From Raillietiella orientalis (Eukaryota): a stretch of 64,000 bases of DNA. Each line of letters opens with the position of its first letter. The first letter of the stretch is position 1. This document shows, piece after piece, positions 1 to 14,649 of the stretch. The stretch lies in NCBI GenBank assembly GCA_036172245.1, contig JAYWIR010000047.1:496001-560000 (forward strand), in the 5' to 3' direction. The position numbers were made by a program, and so were the translations under genes. Below the pieces are notes generated by a model, which worked only from the letters and a program-made list of their open reading frames with translations, did no database searches and was not told the origin of the DNA.

Positions 1-1449
1 TCACTTGTTGTGAGTGAACAGAACATTAAGCGTAGCAATCTCTCCAAGATAGTGCTGTCAGGAAGTTCAATGATTTCTGGGTCAGGACAACCACATAAAT
101 TCTGTACTGTTCATCTTTAGGCATAAGAATGGTATTACATGCCTTAGAATGAAACGAGGTGTAAGTAACTTTTCAAGTAACTTGGATGAAACCTCCTCGT
201 AATGATAGAATTTGAGGCAGCAATATGGAAAAATGATAAGTGATGTAAGGAAGTGATGCTCATGATCCTAGAAGCAGTTTCTATTGGTTTCTGGCTTCTA
301 GGGGAATCATTACTATGAATTACCTACGGGAGCCATGTACTGTAATTATGGGAACATTGTTCGTGAAGAGCAATGGAAACAAACGCGAAGAGCAGCTTCA
401 GTTTCGATGAGAAATTCCTTTATTATTTTTTTTCTGAAAGTCCTTAAGAGATGCGGGGTCTGCGGTGCTAGTTTGATCTCCTTGAGGAAAACTTGGCTGA
501 ACTTTTGAGTCCGAATGCATCAGTCAGATCTTCACTTGTATAATGGCGAGGATTTAGATCAGTTTTCAAACAATGTTCTTCTGTCACAGAGATATCCATA
601 CTGCTGTAACTATTATATAGTTACCTCTCTCCATAAAAAGATAGCTTAGTTTTCATTTGTTTGTTCGTTCTGTCAGATACTGCTGTAGGTAGTAACCGCA
701 TGGCAGTCTCACACTTCAGTGTAGGGAATTCAACTTAAACTCATTGGTAGCAAAGGATATCATGGTTTTGATCGGAAGAAGGTAGCAAAATGATTACAGA
801 AATTGAGAAACTCAAGCTCCAATTAGAAGGCAAAAATAAGCAAAAATACTTTGATCACCATGAATAGAAGGAAAAAAAACGGAATTAAAGGGCTTCCACT
901 TCACAAGACGTCTTCGATTCAAGTAGAATGCAGTTCAAGTTCAGAATAGTGCAAATTCATTTGTTTTAGACCTGTTCATCCATTCATCAAACCAATTGGG
1001 TTGCATGATTCTCATATCCATTTCAGTCTCTCAAATCATCACTGAGGTTGCGTTGCATCAATGAGGTCTTGAAAGCCACTTCAACTTTGGCAATATAACT
1101 AAGATCTTTTATGCTATTTAGCTTTTGACAAGTTTTCGATTAGAATTTTGGTAGACTACACTTTAGTATTTAACCTCAAAGGTAAGGCCATGATGCCTAG
1201 TGTGGCTCTAGGATCCCAGAATGCTCAAATATTTCTCTTTTTCATTTAGCACTCCATAAATCAGATTGAAGAATAATTACGATTTTTCCATTTAGTTTAG
1301 AAAACTGCAACTTGAAGAAACATCTCCAGTCAGGCTCAAAAATGCTTTCATATACACTTTTTTTGTTCAACTATTCAGATCTAACTATAAGTTTATCTTA
1401 TTTCATGTTTTTCCTCTGTCAATAGTATTTGTAAGTTCTCTATAACCAT

Positions 1450-2150
1450 CTATGTGGAAATCAGGAATCCCAAGCAAGTCACGCTCTAAAACTAAAAGTT
1501 CGTTTCTCATTAACATTCAAAAGGTAGGAAGTCATGTGGAAATTTATTACCCAGGAGCAACTGAACATTGTCCAACTAGAGGTTAAGCGCTATGCCATGA
1601 AGTGCATTTATTTAAGGGCTCTGTATCCCAATGGAGAAGGTAATTTATTCGAAGGCGGGTTTCGAAGAGCGTCCTCTAAGGGTCACTGCTTTATACTCTT
1701 AAAATCGCGTTGGGCAGGTATTTGTTGCCACTACAGCTAATAGTACCTCATCCTTATAATTGGAAACGAAGGTTCTTCTCATACAACAGGAGAGCCTCGC
1801 AAAGTAGTATTCGCAACCGATCTGAGGAGAAAGATCAAGAATTGAATAAGCGACATATGCAGATATCAAGTCGATAAAAGTAGCAAATGTATGTGTTCTT
1901 AAACGAAGTTGAAATTCCGTAAGCAATTGGATGCAAGTAAGGAATTCTCGGATCAGATTTACGGGATTCCGTTTTGAAGATAGCTTGCTTTAAAATGAGA
2001 AAATGAAACTGCTCACGCACTTATCTGCATTTTCTTCCACAACTATGAGAAAATTCAAAGCTTATGGTCGATAGACAAAAGCATTATGATGCTTTCATTT
2101 TTCAGAATCTTTTATTAGGAAAACAGGAAATTGGTATTTGGCATCCAGTT
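1450..2150 (-). mobile_element. Highly decayed non-LTR retrotransposon RT fragment (RTE/CR1-like)
   Basis: Minus-strand translation has 'TFATFIDLISAYVAY...QIGC' (cf. RT motif AFIDLxKAFDSV...GC) followed by 'SIKQ*P' (cf. GVKQGC) at plausible spacing. Many stops and frameshifts; boundaries approximate. Confidence 0.4.
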
Positions 2151-2881
2151 TTCATGCTTCTCAAACTGTATGCTCCCTATTAAGACATAATTTATATAAT
2201 TTTCCGAAATATGCAGAGAGCAACATGCGATTGGTACAAATGATGCATTTTTCTCCTTATCTTTATCAATGTACAACATTTCAATGATTTCCATTTGGCA
2301 AAATACTTTTATAATGCAATGGAGAATGTGCTTTAATTTCTCGTGTTTGTATTTGACGTGGAACTGACATTGAAACTGTTTCTTGTTATGAAAAGGGATC
2401 CTTTACTTGTTATAAATAGAATTCCGATAGTAATAATGGAGTTATTTGTTATTGGTCTCGTATCAAACCTTTGGGCTAAGGAAGTGTGCGTAAATGGCTT
2501 ATTGCCTGCAACTCTGCGTGCAGTGAAGCTACAGCACTGGAATATTAGTGTTATGTAAAATTGACGCAATCCATTTTTGGGGTTACCCCATTTCAGAATT
2601 CTTCATCTATTTGTGATGAAGTTTTGAAGGAACTCCTGGCTGGAATTTGATTATACCAGTATTTGTAAATGTTCTTTTTAAATTCAGATCCCTTTTTGTT
2701 TGTGGAGTACTCTAAAGTTAGGACTGTTGATATCACAGTTTGCTTATTTGAAATCCTTAATGTTTCATGATAATTGCAGATATCATTCATACATTTGTTT
2801 TGAGCAAAAAAGTGTTAATTCAATAATTGTCAAGGCCCCATGTTTTAAGTTATCAAAAGTGTTTGCCTGCAGGCCAACCAA

Positions 2882-5800
2882 ATGGAAATGGTAGATCAGT
2901 GTGATAAAGATGCACAGGTATGTAGAATTTAGTGGTCAAAAAAAGGTGTAAAAAATAAAATATTTAGAATGCAATTTGCATTTGATTTTTAAAATAGTTT
3001 TGGACTTTGTTTGAAAAGCATAGGAACAAAAGAACATGTTTTCATTTTTTGCAACTTCTGGATGCAATAATGTATTAAGCGAAGACGAAATTCCTTGACC
3101 TAAACATTTATTTAAGCTAATCATAGATTGTAATAGATTTGCATATATTGTAAGGATTTCCAGGGCCAGTGTCCAATGACCCAGAAAAATGATGAAACGA
3201 CATTGAATTTAAACAATATGGTAAAGTGTTTCTATGAATCGATCATTTAAGATGACTAACTTAGTGACTGATATATGTAGATGCCTTCGGTGAGTCAGGA
3301 ACCTTCTCCTGATCAACCTTTTCCTTTATCAAAAGAACGTGAAGTATCATCAATACCAAAGGCAGACTCTGATGAAAATTGGGTTTATCCTTCTCAGCAG
3401 GTAAAATCATTTTAATTTTCCATCTTTCGTGTCAGATTTCATTTCATATGATCAGAATGCATGAAAATATTGTTCAATGTGCATTGCTTGATCAAATCAT
3501 GCGATTTGTAACATGTAAGATTTATCAGGAAAAAAAAAAAAAAACTGCATTACTCTAACTTGTGGATTTATACAGCTGGAAAGTTATTTTACAATGAAAT
3601 ATTCGTGGAGATTTTGTTGTTCAGAATTATCTTTGATTATCTTCCATTTGATACATTTTCCAGTTCATTCACCGATGACTCTGAATTGTTTTGCATGAGT
3701 AGGGGGTCTTAATTCCTGTATCTGTTGTTTCATTATAATTAGTAACAATCAATTGCTTTTACACAGTAAGAATGCACATTTGTTCCATGAATATTAAGTT
3801 CTTTTGTAGCAAGTAATTTTGTCAATTTTTTGTAATTTTCTGCTAATTTTCTGCAAGGATTTTCCAGGTCAATTTGAATTCCAAAATCACTATATTCAGT
3901 GAAATAGGAATCTGATGTTTTTACTAACTGAACTCCACTATAAATTTAGATGGCATCAAAAGTACTAACTAGTGAACACATTTCTATTTTACGTAATTAT
4001 TAATAAAAAAACTAATAAAATCTTTGAAATTCTCATCTATTATTTTCCTATTTTGAATAACAATACTTGAGGAAACTGAAGTCAGCTTGTTATTCCAAGT
4101 CCATGAAGTAGTATACAGTAGTAAATTTGGTGTAGGCTGCTTTGTCAATGTCATTTCTTTCTAGTTTGCGTTTTTTTGACCTCATTAATATAGTAATTTG
4201 ACATACCACAGACAGGCACAAATTCACATACAAGTGGAATGTGAATTCACTTGCATGTAAATTTGAAACATGAATATGAAAACATGAATATGAATTCATG
4301 TGTATGTGAATTTGAAATGTCGAATAACTATGTTGAAAAATTGCATAAATTTAAGTAAGATATCAGGTGAACCCTTTTGTAGCTGTATCATTAGGAAGTT
4401 TATCTCTCTTGATATCATGATTAAATAACTAGCTTGCTGTGAGTGAAATGCAAATTGTTTTGTCCCCATTGTCAAAATATGCATAATCAAGGACCATTAA
4501 GTAATCAAAAACTTTACCATGTTAAAAAAATAATCTTACAAAGTTTTGTAAAGCATTCTTGCTTTAAAAAAGAGATAAAAGTATAATTGATTGTTTCAGT
4601 TTGTTTATATTGCAATAATAAAATGAAAACTTTGGTCTTTCAAGTTTTGTGAATGAGATTAAAGTGAACAATGTGCTTTTTATTACTGCTAATCATGTTT
4701 ACCAAAAGGCTAGGTTGTTTAAAAATACTGAAATGATGTACCTTCATTGTTCTTTACAATAATATTATTGATAGGTGTTATTAATTGTGAATTAGTTTTG
4801 ATGCAGCTACAATTCCGGTAAAAGTTTTTCATAACGGAAAAGATGTCTTTTAAGATTTCACAACAGGATATAAGCAGAGATTATTGAGGTTCTCACGTAA
4901 CTGTGTTGCACATCATTAAGTATATTTGCGAGTAATTGTATACACAATGAATTGAGTTTTAAGTTGAATTTGCATGCATTCACATTTACTGTATGAATAA
5001 AAAATTTCACATGATGTCCCCAGTACTGACCTGATTTTTGTTCTTAGATGTTTTGGAATGCAATGTTGAAAAAAGGATGGAAGTGGCGAGATACTGATAT
5101 ACAAGACAGTGATATGGCACACATAATCCGGATTCATAATGCAAACAATGAATTAGCATGGAGAGAGGTATGACCAAATTCTGTATTTGGAACTTTGTCT
5201 GTGAGAAAATGATAAAAGTGTGTTTGTTATCCTAACACTTGCATATAATATTTAAAAATGTGCAGTTCTAGCTTTGGTAAATCATTAGTACAGATTTGCC
5301 ATCTGATTTATATTTTTGTTGTAATTTTGTGTATTCCTATTTGAACAGTATTGTGTTCAGTCAAAAGTTTCATCAAAATCATAATTTTGATGAAACTGAA
5401 TAATATTTGGTGAATAATTATAGGTTTCTGGTGAATTATGGAATTTAAATTAAAATTACGAAATATGTGTCAATAGCAGCACTTACAAATGACCTCATTA
5501 CTTGGTTATTGAAGACCTAAGTCTGCTTGTTTTCTATGTGTAGGATATATCTTGGCAGACACTTGTTTTGTAATGTCTTTAAACAGCTTCTTTATGTAAT
5601 TAATCAAATTTTTCATGATGGGCACTCTGCAGTACTAAAGAGCCCAGTTGCAATTATAAGAATTGTTCCATATGTCATCATTCTATGAGCTGTATTAATG
5701 TCGAAGCCAATAGTTTTTCAAATATGCGAAAAAAAGCTAGTTGTATTAAGCAGAAGCAGGCAGTGGACATTTGTGGAGCAAAAGATCAATTTTATAATTC

Positions 5801-8800
5801 CACTATTCGTTGAAAGATATCCTTACTGCTATTCAGAAACAAGAAATTGTTGCTAAACTTTGGAAGAAAAACTAACTGTTCATCAGCAAATGTATATCAC
5901 AAGTCTTAAATATGATATGCAAATATTTGATTGCTTATCAAAAACGAACACAAGTATTGCCAATCCATTACACAGCTTTTATTCATCTCATCTTCTGTTC
6001 TAAATTTTCATTCATCGTTTTTCTGGCACTGAATGAATTATTACACAATTTTGTATTCCAATAAATGCCTGTAAGATGTTACTTGATTTCTCCAAGGTTA
6101 TTTTGCAAAAACAGCGAATGCTTTACATTGTGAATTATCAGTTTGACTTTCTCAATATTGCATGTTTACAGTAATGTGTGCATATGCTTGTACAATACAT
6201 ATATCAATATCAGAATTAATACATATTTATATGTATGATAAGTGTGTTCTAATGTATTTAGAGATTGGATGACACAAAAGTGGGATAACTAAAGATATAC
6301 TTTATTGAGTTTGCTTCGTGTCTTTAATTCTGAGGTAAGATCTTCATTTTATTGGTTAAAACAGAAGAACCATCTGATCCATCATTAAGTATAAGTTACT
6401 GAAACAGCCTTCAAGTAAAAACTCAGTTCTCTATTAACATTCTAATTCATTAAAGTAAACAGAAAATATTTTATGGTTATTGTTTGCAAAAATGAAATTT
6501 TGTCATCTTAGTATAAAAATGTTAATGAAAAATTTCAGAAGTCTGACTGTTGATTTTTTTAAGGGTAGTGTAGGAAAAAGATTTACACATCAGTGTCTCA
6601 AAATGACTGCACTCATTATATGAAGGAATACCATCTGCAAAGAAATCAAATCACTGCATCTTAAATCATAAAAGTTGAGATAAATTTAACAAAAAAAACT
6701 CCCCTTGCAATGGCTTAACGTATAAAGAGTTATTTTAAATTTTATGATATCAAGAAACTGATGTATCTTAATTAGGTGAGCACACTATACCATGAAAGTT
6801 TCTATGCTGTTTTTTCCCAGTTTAAATATTGTTAGAGGCACTATAGAAAAATGAGTGGCGCTAAGTTTTTCTAGTAGATAGTCATATTCCTACATTGGAC
6901 GTTTGCATATGTTTTCAAAACATTATGTATTAATCGCTGATCATATTTATTAAGTTGATTTCCAAACTAAGTGTAGTAAATGGAAAAACTAGTATATTAA
7001 AATTAAATTGTGAATATCACAAAAGGTAGTAAATATTTTAAAGACAATCAGGCATTCTCAAAGAAATGATAAGAAAATATCTTACATATCAAAACATAAA
7101 GTAAAAACATTTCTAGTGAAAGTACAGTGAAATAATCTTGTATGTGGAGCATGAAGTGAGTTGTCTGCTGTGCAGTACTTAATCGTTTATCATTTAAAGT
7201 TTCATTCTAAAGCATTGAAATCATCCCCCCAATGCATACAGCATTATTGAGTTCTTCCTATAAAGCTAACATGTATAAAATTCACTATGATGCATGTTTT
7301 TGAAGACCTAATTAGCATGCTGACATGAAAAATCCTAGAATGGTTTCACTTACAGAAACTGATGAAAATACTTTCTTCTCCCTTAAGTTGTTTAGACGTT
7401 TTGATCGGTTTCGAAACTTTTGGGATTTTTCTGCGTGTTAGATTTCTCCAGTCAATGACCGAGCTGTCTGACCAGATTCTCGTTTTGTTGCCATCTTGAG
7501 ATCACCATTCATGTGGAGTTTTCAGAAATTCGGCTCACAAATGCAGCCAAACTGAGCATCTCAATATGATGATAACAGTTGTACTTTATTGATTCGAGAT
7601 TAGGAATCCCAGTATTGGTTTCAGTTTCAAGTAACCAAACAGTTGATGTTTGTGAAAACTTGTTGCATTTGTCGTAGTTCTTTCCCCGATTTCTTTTTTT
7701 TACAACTTATGATGCACCTGTTGCGAGACTTTAACTATCAGAAATAGCCATGATTTTCATGAGTATTTGCATTTCTTCTTAGAATTTAATTTAATTTGTT
7801 AGTTTCCGAAGCACAGAATCCTCAACAAGCATCTAGCATCTTCAACATGCCATAGTTTTCAAACAATTCGTTTCATTTTTAAATGCGTTTTGCAGGCGAT
7901 TCTATTTAGAAGAGTATGTCGTCGGGGAGCATTCAGTTTTCCTTCAAACTTTTTATATGAAGTTTTCCTTTCTGTGATGTTCCAAAGCATTCGAGTGCAT
8001 TTTAAAGCCTTCCGAAGGGGTGAATCGTTGAAATGTAGGATTTTTATAAGGCGATCTTCACCTTCCCTCCCCCCTGCAACCTTGTCCTTTTATAGTCAGT
8101 TTCACAAGTTCGGATCGGAGGTCATTGCCAATGCCTGTGGCAGAGCTCCGTTCTAGTCAGGAACAGTGCAAGAAAATGTAAATTTTTCTTTGCAAAAATT
8201 TAAACGCAGTCGTCCAGTGGATCGGTTCAGGTTGTCACACTAAAAAGGATCACCATTAAGATCGGATTACTATTGGTATGCATTGCGCTTGTTGGTTCTT
8301 GCTGCGTGGAGGATTTCAAATTTGAATAGTAGCAAGACAGTAAGCTTTTCCCTTTTTAATAAAAATGCATTTTTGTTTGTTTTTGTAAAATGGAGACAAG
8401 GCGTTGGGCTTCAGTTTTTGAAGAAAAGAAATTTGCCCATTGTGCTAATGTCTAATAAAGTTTGATCAAAAAAATGTAAAATTTGGGAACAGTCGTTTGA
8501 TAGGCCTCCGGTCAAGCCATTTATTTCTTTTTCTTGATTGTGTAAGATTTTTTGATATTAATTCGGCTTTTGTTTGTATTTAAGGTACTTAAGTGGGAAG
8601 CTTTCCATTGCAAGGAATGCTGCAGCCCCAAGCTCAAAAGGTTTGGTGGAAAAGCCAAGGATTATTCGATCCGTGCAAGAATCCGTCATTGGCTTGGGTA
8701 CTTTCGTAGATTTCGATTTTGTTGTAATAAATGTACTGTGTGTGTTTCCTTTTTTTTGTTTTTGGTTTTTTGTGTGCTTCGTATCGGACTGAATTTCTGA

Positions 8801-9044
8801 AAACAGACATGATGAAATATTCTGCTTTAGGTATGAGCTACCATTTGATCGTCATGACTGGATAGTCGACAGATGCGGCAAAGAAGTTAGATACATAATT
8901 GATTACTATGATGGAGGGCCGGTTGATGAAAAAAGTTATCAATTTGCAATATTAGATGTACGACCAGCGCTGAATTCGTTCGAAAATTTCTATGACCGGG
9001 TGAAAGCTGCCTGGTGGAGATGGTTCTATTCCACGAGATCTTAG
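2882..9044 (+). CDS. HCCS: Holocytochrome c-type synthase (cytochrome c heme lyase), 6 coding exons
   Basis: GT-AG exons 2882-2917, 3164-3220, 3281-3400, 5048-5167, 8585-8697, 8831-9044 join in frame. Product: ...GQCPM...[19 protein letters not shown]...[20 protein letters not shown]...[20 protein letters not shown]...[49 protein letters not shown]...LDVRPA...WWRW. These are diagnostic HCCS motifs, including a CP heme-regulatory motif. The first exon and start are least certain (possible acceptor at 2872). Confidence 0.93.
7400..8000 (-). mobile_element. Possible very old RTE-like LINE remnant inside an HCCS intron
   Basis: Slightly GC-richer patch. Minus-strand fragments such as '[12 protein letters not shown]...KRESGQ' weakly resemble the RTE C-terminal 'GHVxRMxxxR...KRxxG' region. 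Confidence 0.2.
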
Positions 9045-9249
9045 TCCATTCAGTAATCATCTGAACATCAATAAAAGAATTCCATAGCAATGAATAACTT
9101 GTATGCATACTTAGAGCAAAACATGATTTTGCATGTATCGTTTTGTGATTACCAAGTTGCAGATTTCTTCGAATTGAATGACGCATTCACGAGCAGTCAA
9201 CTGTGGACTTGAAAATTTCTCGTCGTTCCTCATTTTCCTTCTGCTTGAC

Positions 9250-12200
9250 GCCAGCACTTGCGATCATTGCTCCTTTCCCCAGTCCGACGCGCGTTTCTTT
9301 CCATGTGAACATGACAAACCAGGCATTTGAAAAAGAACACAGTACAAAAGGCTCGACTTTCGTTCTGCTCCCCGTAGGACAAGGAGAACATCGTTCCTGT
9401 TGGGTGAAGGTCCAGAGGGAGGGAGATGGCAAAAACTGTGATGCTGTTGCACTAAAGGGTCTGTATGCCTCCTGGATCGTTTGTGGATCTTTCGTAGTTC
9501 ATCGGAGTCCGGACGGAACTCTGCCTCAACTTTGGCCCGTTTTGTTTTTTTATAAGGCCTATCAAGATGTCCCGCGCCGTCAGCTGTACTCGAGGATTCC
9601 CCTAATGATCTCCATCTTGGACAGAATTTGTACCAGGTCTCCTGCTTTTCCGCTTTCCACTTCCGGACAAGGGTTCGGCAGGTATATAGATGAATCTCGT
9701 CTTCAATGCTCCCGCGTGCTGGGCATCTTCCATCATCGAGGTTTCCGGTTCAGTGTTGAAGTCTCGTTCCGCACAGGATCCCTCTATGATAAAACATCAA
9801 CAGGCAGTCCTGGATGTCTGGGGACAGTTTGGATCTGTACAGGACGTTCCCAATGGCTTGTGGGTTCAGGACAGGTTGTTCCTTTGTACACACTCCGTGA
9901 AGAGGCGGCGACTCGGAGGGACCCCCCAACAGGGGGGGTCCGCTCCTTTGAACAACTGGAGAGGTGCCCGTGAGGGCCCCTGCTCCATCTTGAAACCGGA
10001 GGCGGTCCCCCGGTGACGGGGGTCCACTCTCCTTTGCACACAGGAGTGGGAACTCCCCACTCCTTTTATTCCTGGGAGGACCCGAAGGTCGACTCCCATT
10101 GTTCCGGCCTTCATCGGGAGGCCACCGGCTTTATCCACCGCCGGGGCCACGCCCGAATGACTCGGCCAACCAGCGCCGTTGCAGGAGAAACTCGGAACCC
10201 AAACGATGCTATGGCGTCAAGTTATCTGCCGAAGTATTCGAACCCGCGACGCATGGTGCCACGCGCGGAAGCCTTAACCACAAAGCCTCCGACGCGGGCG
10301 AATCTTGCCCACGTAGAGTCCATAGCTGCGGTGTGAGTGCGGTGGATTTTCTAGGAGCACTCAAACTTCGTGGGTGTTTCCACTGATGTAGATTTGATGA
10401 CACAATTGATCAAATGTCTTCTCTGGAGCCGTCTATCGGTGGCCCATGAGACGCTTACGAATACTGAAATCATCGTGGTCAACTCCTTGCTTCAGGATCT
10501 TCAGAGCAATTTTTATGCTGGCTCTTCTGACCAAGTGTTTCGCAGGCCAAGTCAGGTGGATTTTTTTCCACTGCCCCGAAGTTCTGGATATCAGACTATG
10601 GGTTCTTGCGTAGTCTTCGTGGAACACGTACGACCATTCATCCTAGATGCTGACATGCTTGATGTGCCTTCTCCTCAAGCTCGGCGATGCATACTCGTTC
10701 GGCATACCGATGCCCTTTCCTCTAGCGTGCGATACAGAAACTTCCATCTCACCCGCGATTTGGCGATTCATCATATTAATGTTCTTTGGAAGTTGGTTAG
10801 GTTTTTGGCTACTTTCTAGGATGCTATTGCATTCATGTACAGAACAAAGAGCATGGACCTCAGGGCATTTCCCTGGAGATTCCTCTTTGCATGAAATTTC
10901 ATCGGACTTCATTCTGCTGGTGGAGCTTCGAATAAACCGTGCTTCATCCAGGCTACTCGTCACATTACCAGGAATCCCTCTTGGAGGTCCTTTTATCGCA
11001 AGATCCTCAGTAGCATCATGTGGCCGACCCAGTCGAAGACCCTATCGACACCGGTGAAGTCTAGAATCAATCTGTTTCCCACGATGCAGTTGTATTTTAG
11101 AAGACTCTAGCACACTTCATTCTCTCCCACATGTGTCTTCCAGGAATGTCGCACGTTTTGTGTGGAAGAAGCTACGGATCCTGGTGTTACCAAAGCCTCT
11201 TTGCCCAGATCTTAGACAGCCACTTCTCATCGAAGTTCAGGACGAAAGCTAGTCTCCACTGGGTGACTGACTGGAGGTCGCTGCCACTGAGAAGGAGTCG
11301 CATCCTGCTCCGATGGAAGGAGTAGACTCGGACAGTCATCATCTGGAGGAACAGGAGCACGTAGTCTGAGATGTGCCGCTGCTAATGGGTAATATGCCCG
11401 CAGCCACGTCCTTGCGAAGTTCCAGGCAAGCCGTCTTGATCCCGTCCGTGAAGTTCTGGTGTTAGGATTGCTATGGTGCGGAATCGAGTCGCTTCGGACA
11501 CAGCGGAGGACTTGTTTGATCTTTTCTCGTGTGTCCTGCGGAATAGCTCGGATTTCAGTGGGTTCCGTGAGTAGTGCAGGACCGTTTACCTTAGATGGTT
11601 GTCATCTGGAAAAGCTGTCGAACGTCCAGATAATGGACAGCGTGATCCAATACTTTCACACCGACGCCTCCGTAACATTCCAGGACTAATAGGTACTGAT
11701 GTTTACTCTGGGTTTAAGTTATCTTCACAGCAGTCCTCTCTGGATATCAAAATGCTTCTTGGTCTTCAGATCCATGTGGTGGGAGACTGTGCAGACTATA
11801 GGATTTCGGGAGCAAAGACTCCATTCCTTAGATCGGCTGTGTCTCATGCCATCTGATCTTGCAAGCGATCGATCGGTCTGACCGGTTGGTCGTTTTCCCC
11901 ACATTCTCGCAGTGAATGACTTTCAGATCATGGCCGAGGCCTTCTTTCGGCCAATGTGGCTCCTCGAGAAATTCACGCTGTTCACCACTCGGAATTTCTA
12001 TGCCGTTTGAGCAGTGATGTCCGGATTACCGAAGGTGAACACAATTTCTGGAAGTTGATCTCAAGTCTCCGTCCAGGCTGTCTTGATATCTTTCATAGCG
12101 CTATCTAACAGAACGGAATGGAGATAGATGTCCACTGATGAGTTCATCCACTGATACACCAGGATCCTTGTAAGAGGATTGGATTTATACCTTTCATATG

Positions 12201-12550
12201 ACTCGAATTAGCTGGAAAAAGCTTTCAGGGATATGAGAGTAATGTTGCAGTCTTCACGGGAATACTGTTTAGTATCACTTTATCCACCGTGTAGATGATG
12301 GCAGGTTGATAATGCTCATCATATTTTTATGTCTGCTTACCCTGAGAAGACACCACTCTGTATGTTACATCCAGACTGGCCCCGTTCTGGATTCCGTCGT
12401 TGAAGAGATTTGTCAAAAACGAAGCTTCTGGAGTCATCGACGAACCTTTCAAGTGTCTCATGTCCGGAAGGCGAATCAACGGAAAGGTCGTTTACCACTG
12501 GGCGGCCAAGAATCAGAATTCCATTTCAGGCTTTGGACTGTGTGTTCGAA
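9250..12550 (-). mobile_element. Degenerate L1/Tx1-like LINE ORF2 (endonuclease + RT) relic
   Basis: Minus-strand motifs in the expected order: 'DQDGLP' (~11440; cf. KSPGPDGLP), 'TQWRLAFVLNFDEKWLSKIWAKRL' (~11200-11265; cf. NWRPISLLNxDYKILAKILANRL), 'HKTCDIPGR' (cf. QTCGIPGR), 'DRVFDWVGH' (cf. KAFDRVxH). Numerous stops. Confidence 0.7.
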
Positions 12551-14649
12551 TTCTCTCGATGGGGTTTCATCTGCCTAAAAAGAATCGAAGGAGCAGTTGA
12601 TGGAAGCGATAAAAGAAAGTGCACATCCTCTTTACTTTTTGATGGAATACTGGAAAGAGGATGTGGTTGCAATCTGCCAAGCTTCCCGATCTCCCTATCT
12701 CATGGTGAGGCAGTCCGAAGATGATGTGCTGAAGGGAGGATCCTTAGAGAGCTGGCAAGCAACGCGGTTCAGAGCGTAGCAGAAACGTCAACGCATGAAT
12801 CATCTTGTTCATGGTGATGGTTTCAGAAACCGGAATTTGTCAATTTTCTTGAGTCTTCATCTTCCTGAATGGCTAACTTCAAGAATTTCCATCACTGAAC
12901 TGCTGTTCGTATCTTCCCAACCAGAAACCGACTTTCATGTTGCCTCCGGATTCTACCGGAGGAGGTAGCTCGAGAGGGAGTGAAGTGGTCATCTTCCCGT
13001 GTTTTTTAGAAGCAAACTTTTATTCCGCCTAAAACTGAGATCTGCAAAGAAAAGGGGAGAGCATGTCATTTCCTTTCACTTCTCTGAGAGCAAAACTATG
13101 CACGAGAATGGAAATTCTTCCCAAAGAATCATTTCATTTGCACCGACAGCAGCACAAGCTGCTCCTACAAGTGCCATCCTTGATAATACGCATCGCTAGG
13201 CGGTTGGCACAGCCGAGCAGATCTGATCTGACCTCTTCACAGTACGCTTCACAGGAAGAGCAAAATCCTGAATCCTTGGTGAATCCTTCTTTCCAAAAAT
13301 CAGGAGGCAGGGGTGCTAGTGCTTGACAAAAACCCAAGACCTCATCTTGAGAGGGAGCATTGAAGTTGCGCCATGGTTTACAACTTGTTTCGTATTTGGT
13401 GCTGCCTGAAACGCCTACGCTTAGAAAACGTTTATTCGTGAAAGGAGCGGCAGAGACAGAAGACTGGAAGCTCCAAGGTATCCATCAGAAACTCGGAATT
13501 TCTGCACATCAGTACTAAAAGGCGATCACGGGATAAACAACACAGTGGAAGGGTGTGGTAGGTCAAATTTCAAAAGCTGATGACAGTGCATCTTCCTTCC
13601 GTCTGGAGGTTCATTGAAGTGTTAGAAGACAAAGGAGCAACCGAAAAGGCAAACAGCAAGCGGAGAACAAGTCATCACCCAGATTCTTGGTGGTCATTAA
13701 CTTCATGACGATATCGGCATAGCCATACACATATAACGGGGATTCTTGCCAGACAAAAAGGATGTAAAACTAATGATCAGGTCGATTTATGCTAGAGAGC
13801 AATGGCTTGTTGACTTAAAATTAGCCCTTCTCAACAAGTAAGAGCAAGAACAAAGTGAAATAAGAAATTCTTTAAAAATTACAATAAAAATAAGGTAAAT
13901 AGCATTTTATGAAATTAAATGTTGTATCTTTCATGAACTACGGACCAAACAGGACCGTGAACAGCACCAAATTTTGAGGACTTTCTGGAGTCGACCAAAC
14001 GAGAACCAAATTTCAGTGAACCTTCTGAACAGGACCAAATGAACCGCAAGATCTTTTACTAAATGCCCATTTTTCGGTTTCTCCATGCCAAGAAGTCTCG
14101 AAAATTTTCGAATTCATGGTTCTGAACCTATGATGGAGAGAAGATGATGAAAAAGTGCACGTTCATGTTATGAATATTCATATCGTATCAATTCGAGCAC
14201 AAAGGAAAGAATTCTGATAATCCAGGTGCTAAGAGATGCTATCAAAATCTCCTTGTCTTTGAATCGTTGGCAGCCTCACCTTTTCCCCATCTAAAGATGA
14301 TATTTTCTGTTTCTGTTTCAATCTTTTTCCTACTCTTCTCCAGGATCTTCTTCCTCTGCCATCCGATCTGCTTTAACTCGGACACACTATATCCATTTGA
14401 ACCTTGGCTGGAACCCAATCTACGGTGCAACCCATCTTCCCTTCCCCATTTAACGCTGGCTTATAAGAAAAGGCTGGAGTTTTGAGCCGGAAATAGCCGT
14501 TATTCAGCCGTTATCTCCTGTGTCTGGCAAATTTTCGTTTCCTCACTGCTGATTTCTTACTCCAAAATTCATCTTACTGTTAACCGGCGAAGATTGAGCT
14601 TTAGGCGAATATAAAAAAACCGTACGCGGATGCAGTAGCTATAAACCTG

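Noticed and set aside
9203..9973. 256-aa + strand ORF just after HCCS
   Set aside because: Antisense to the LINE relic with no recognisable domain.
13935..14050. Recurring GGACCAAA/GAACCAAA words
   Set aside because: Irregular spacing and no matching inverted terminus found, so a MITE call is unsupported.
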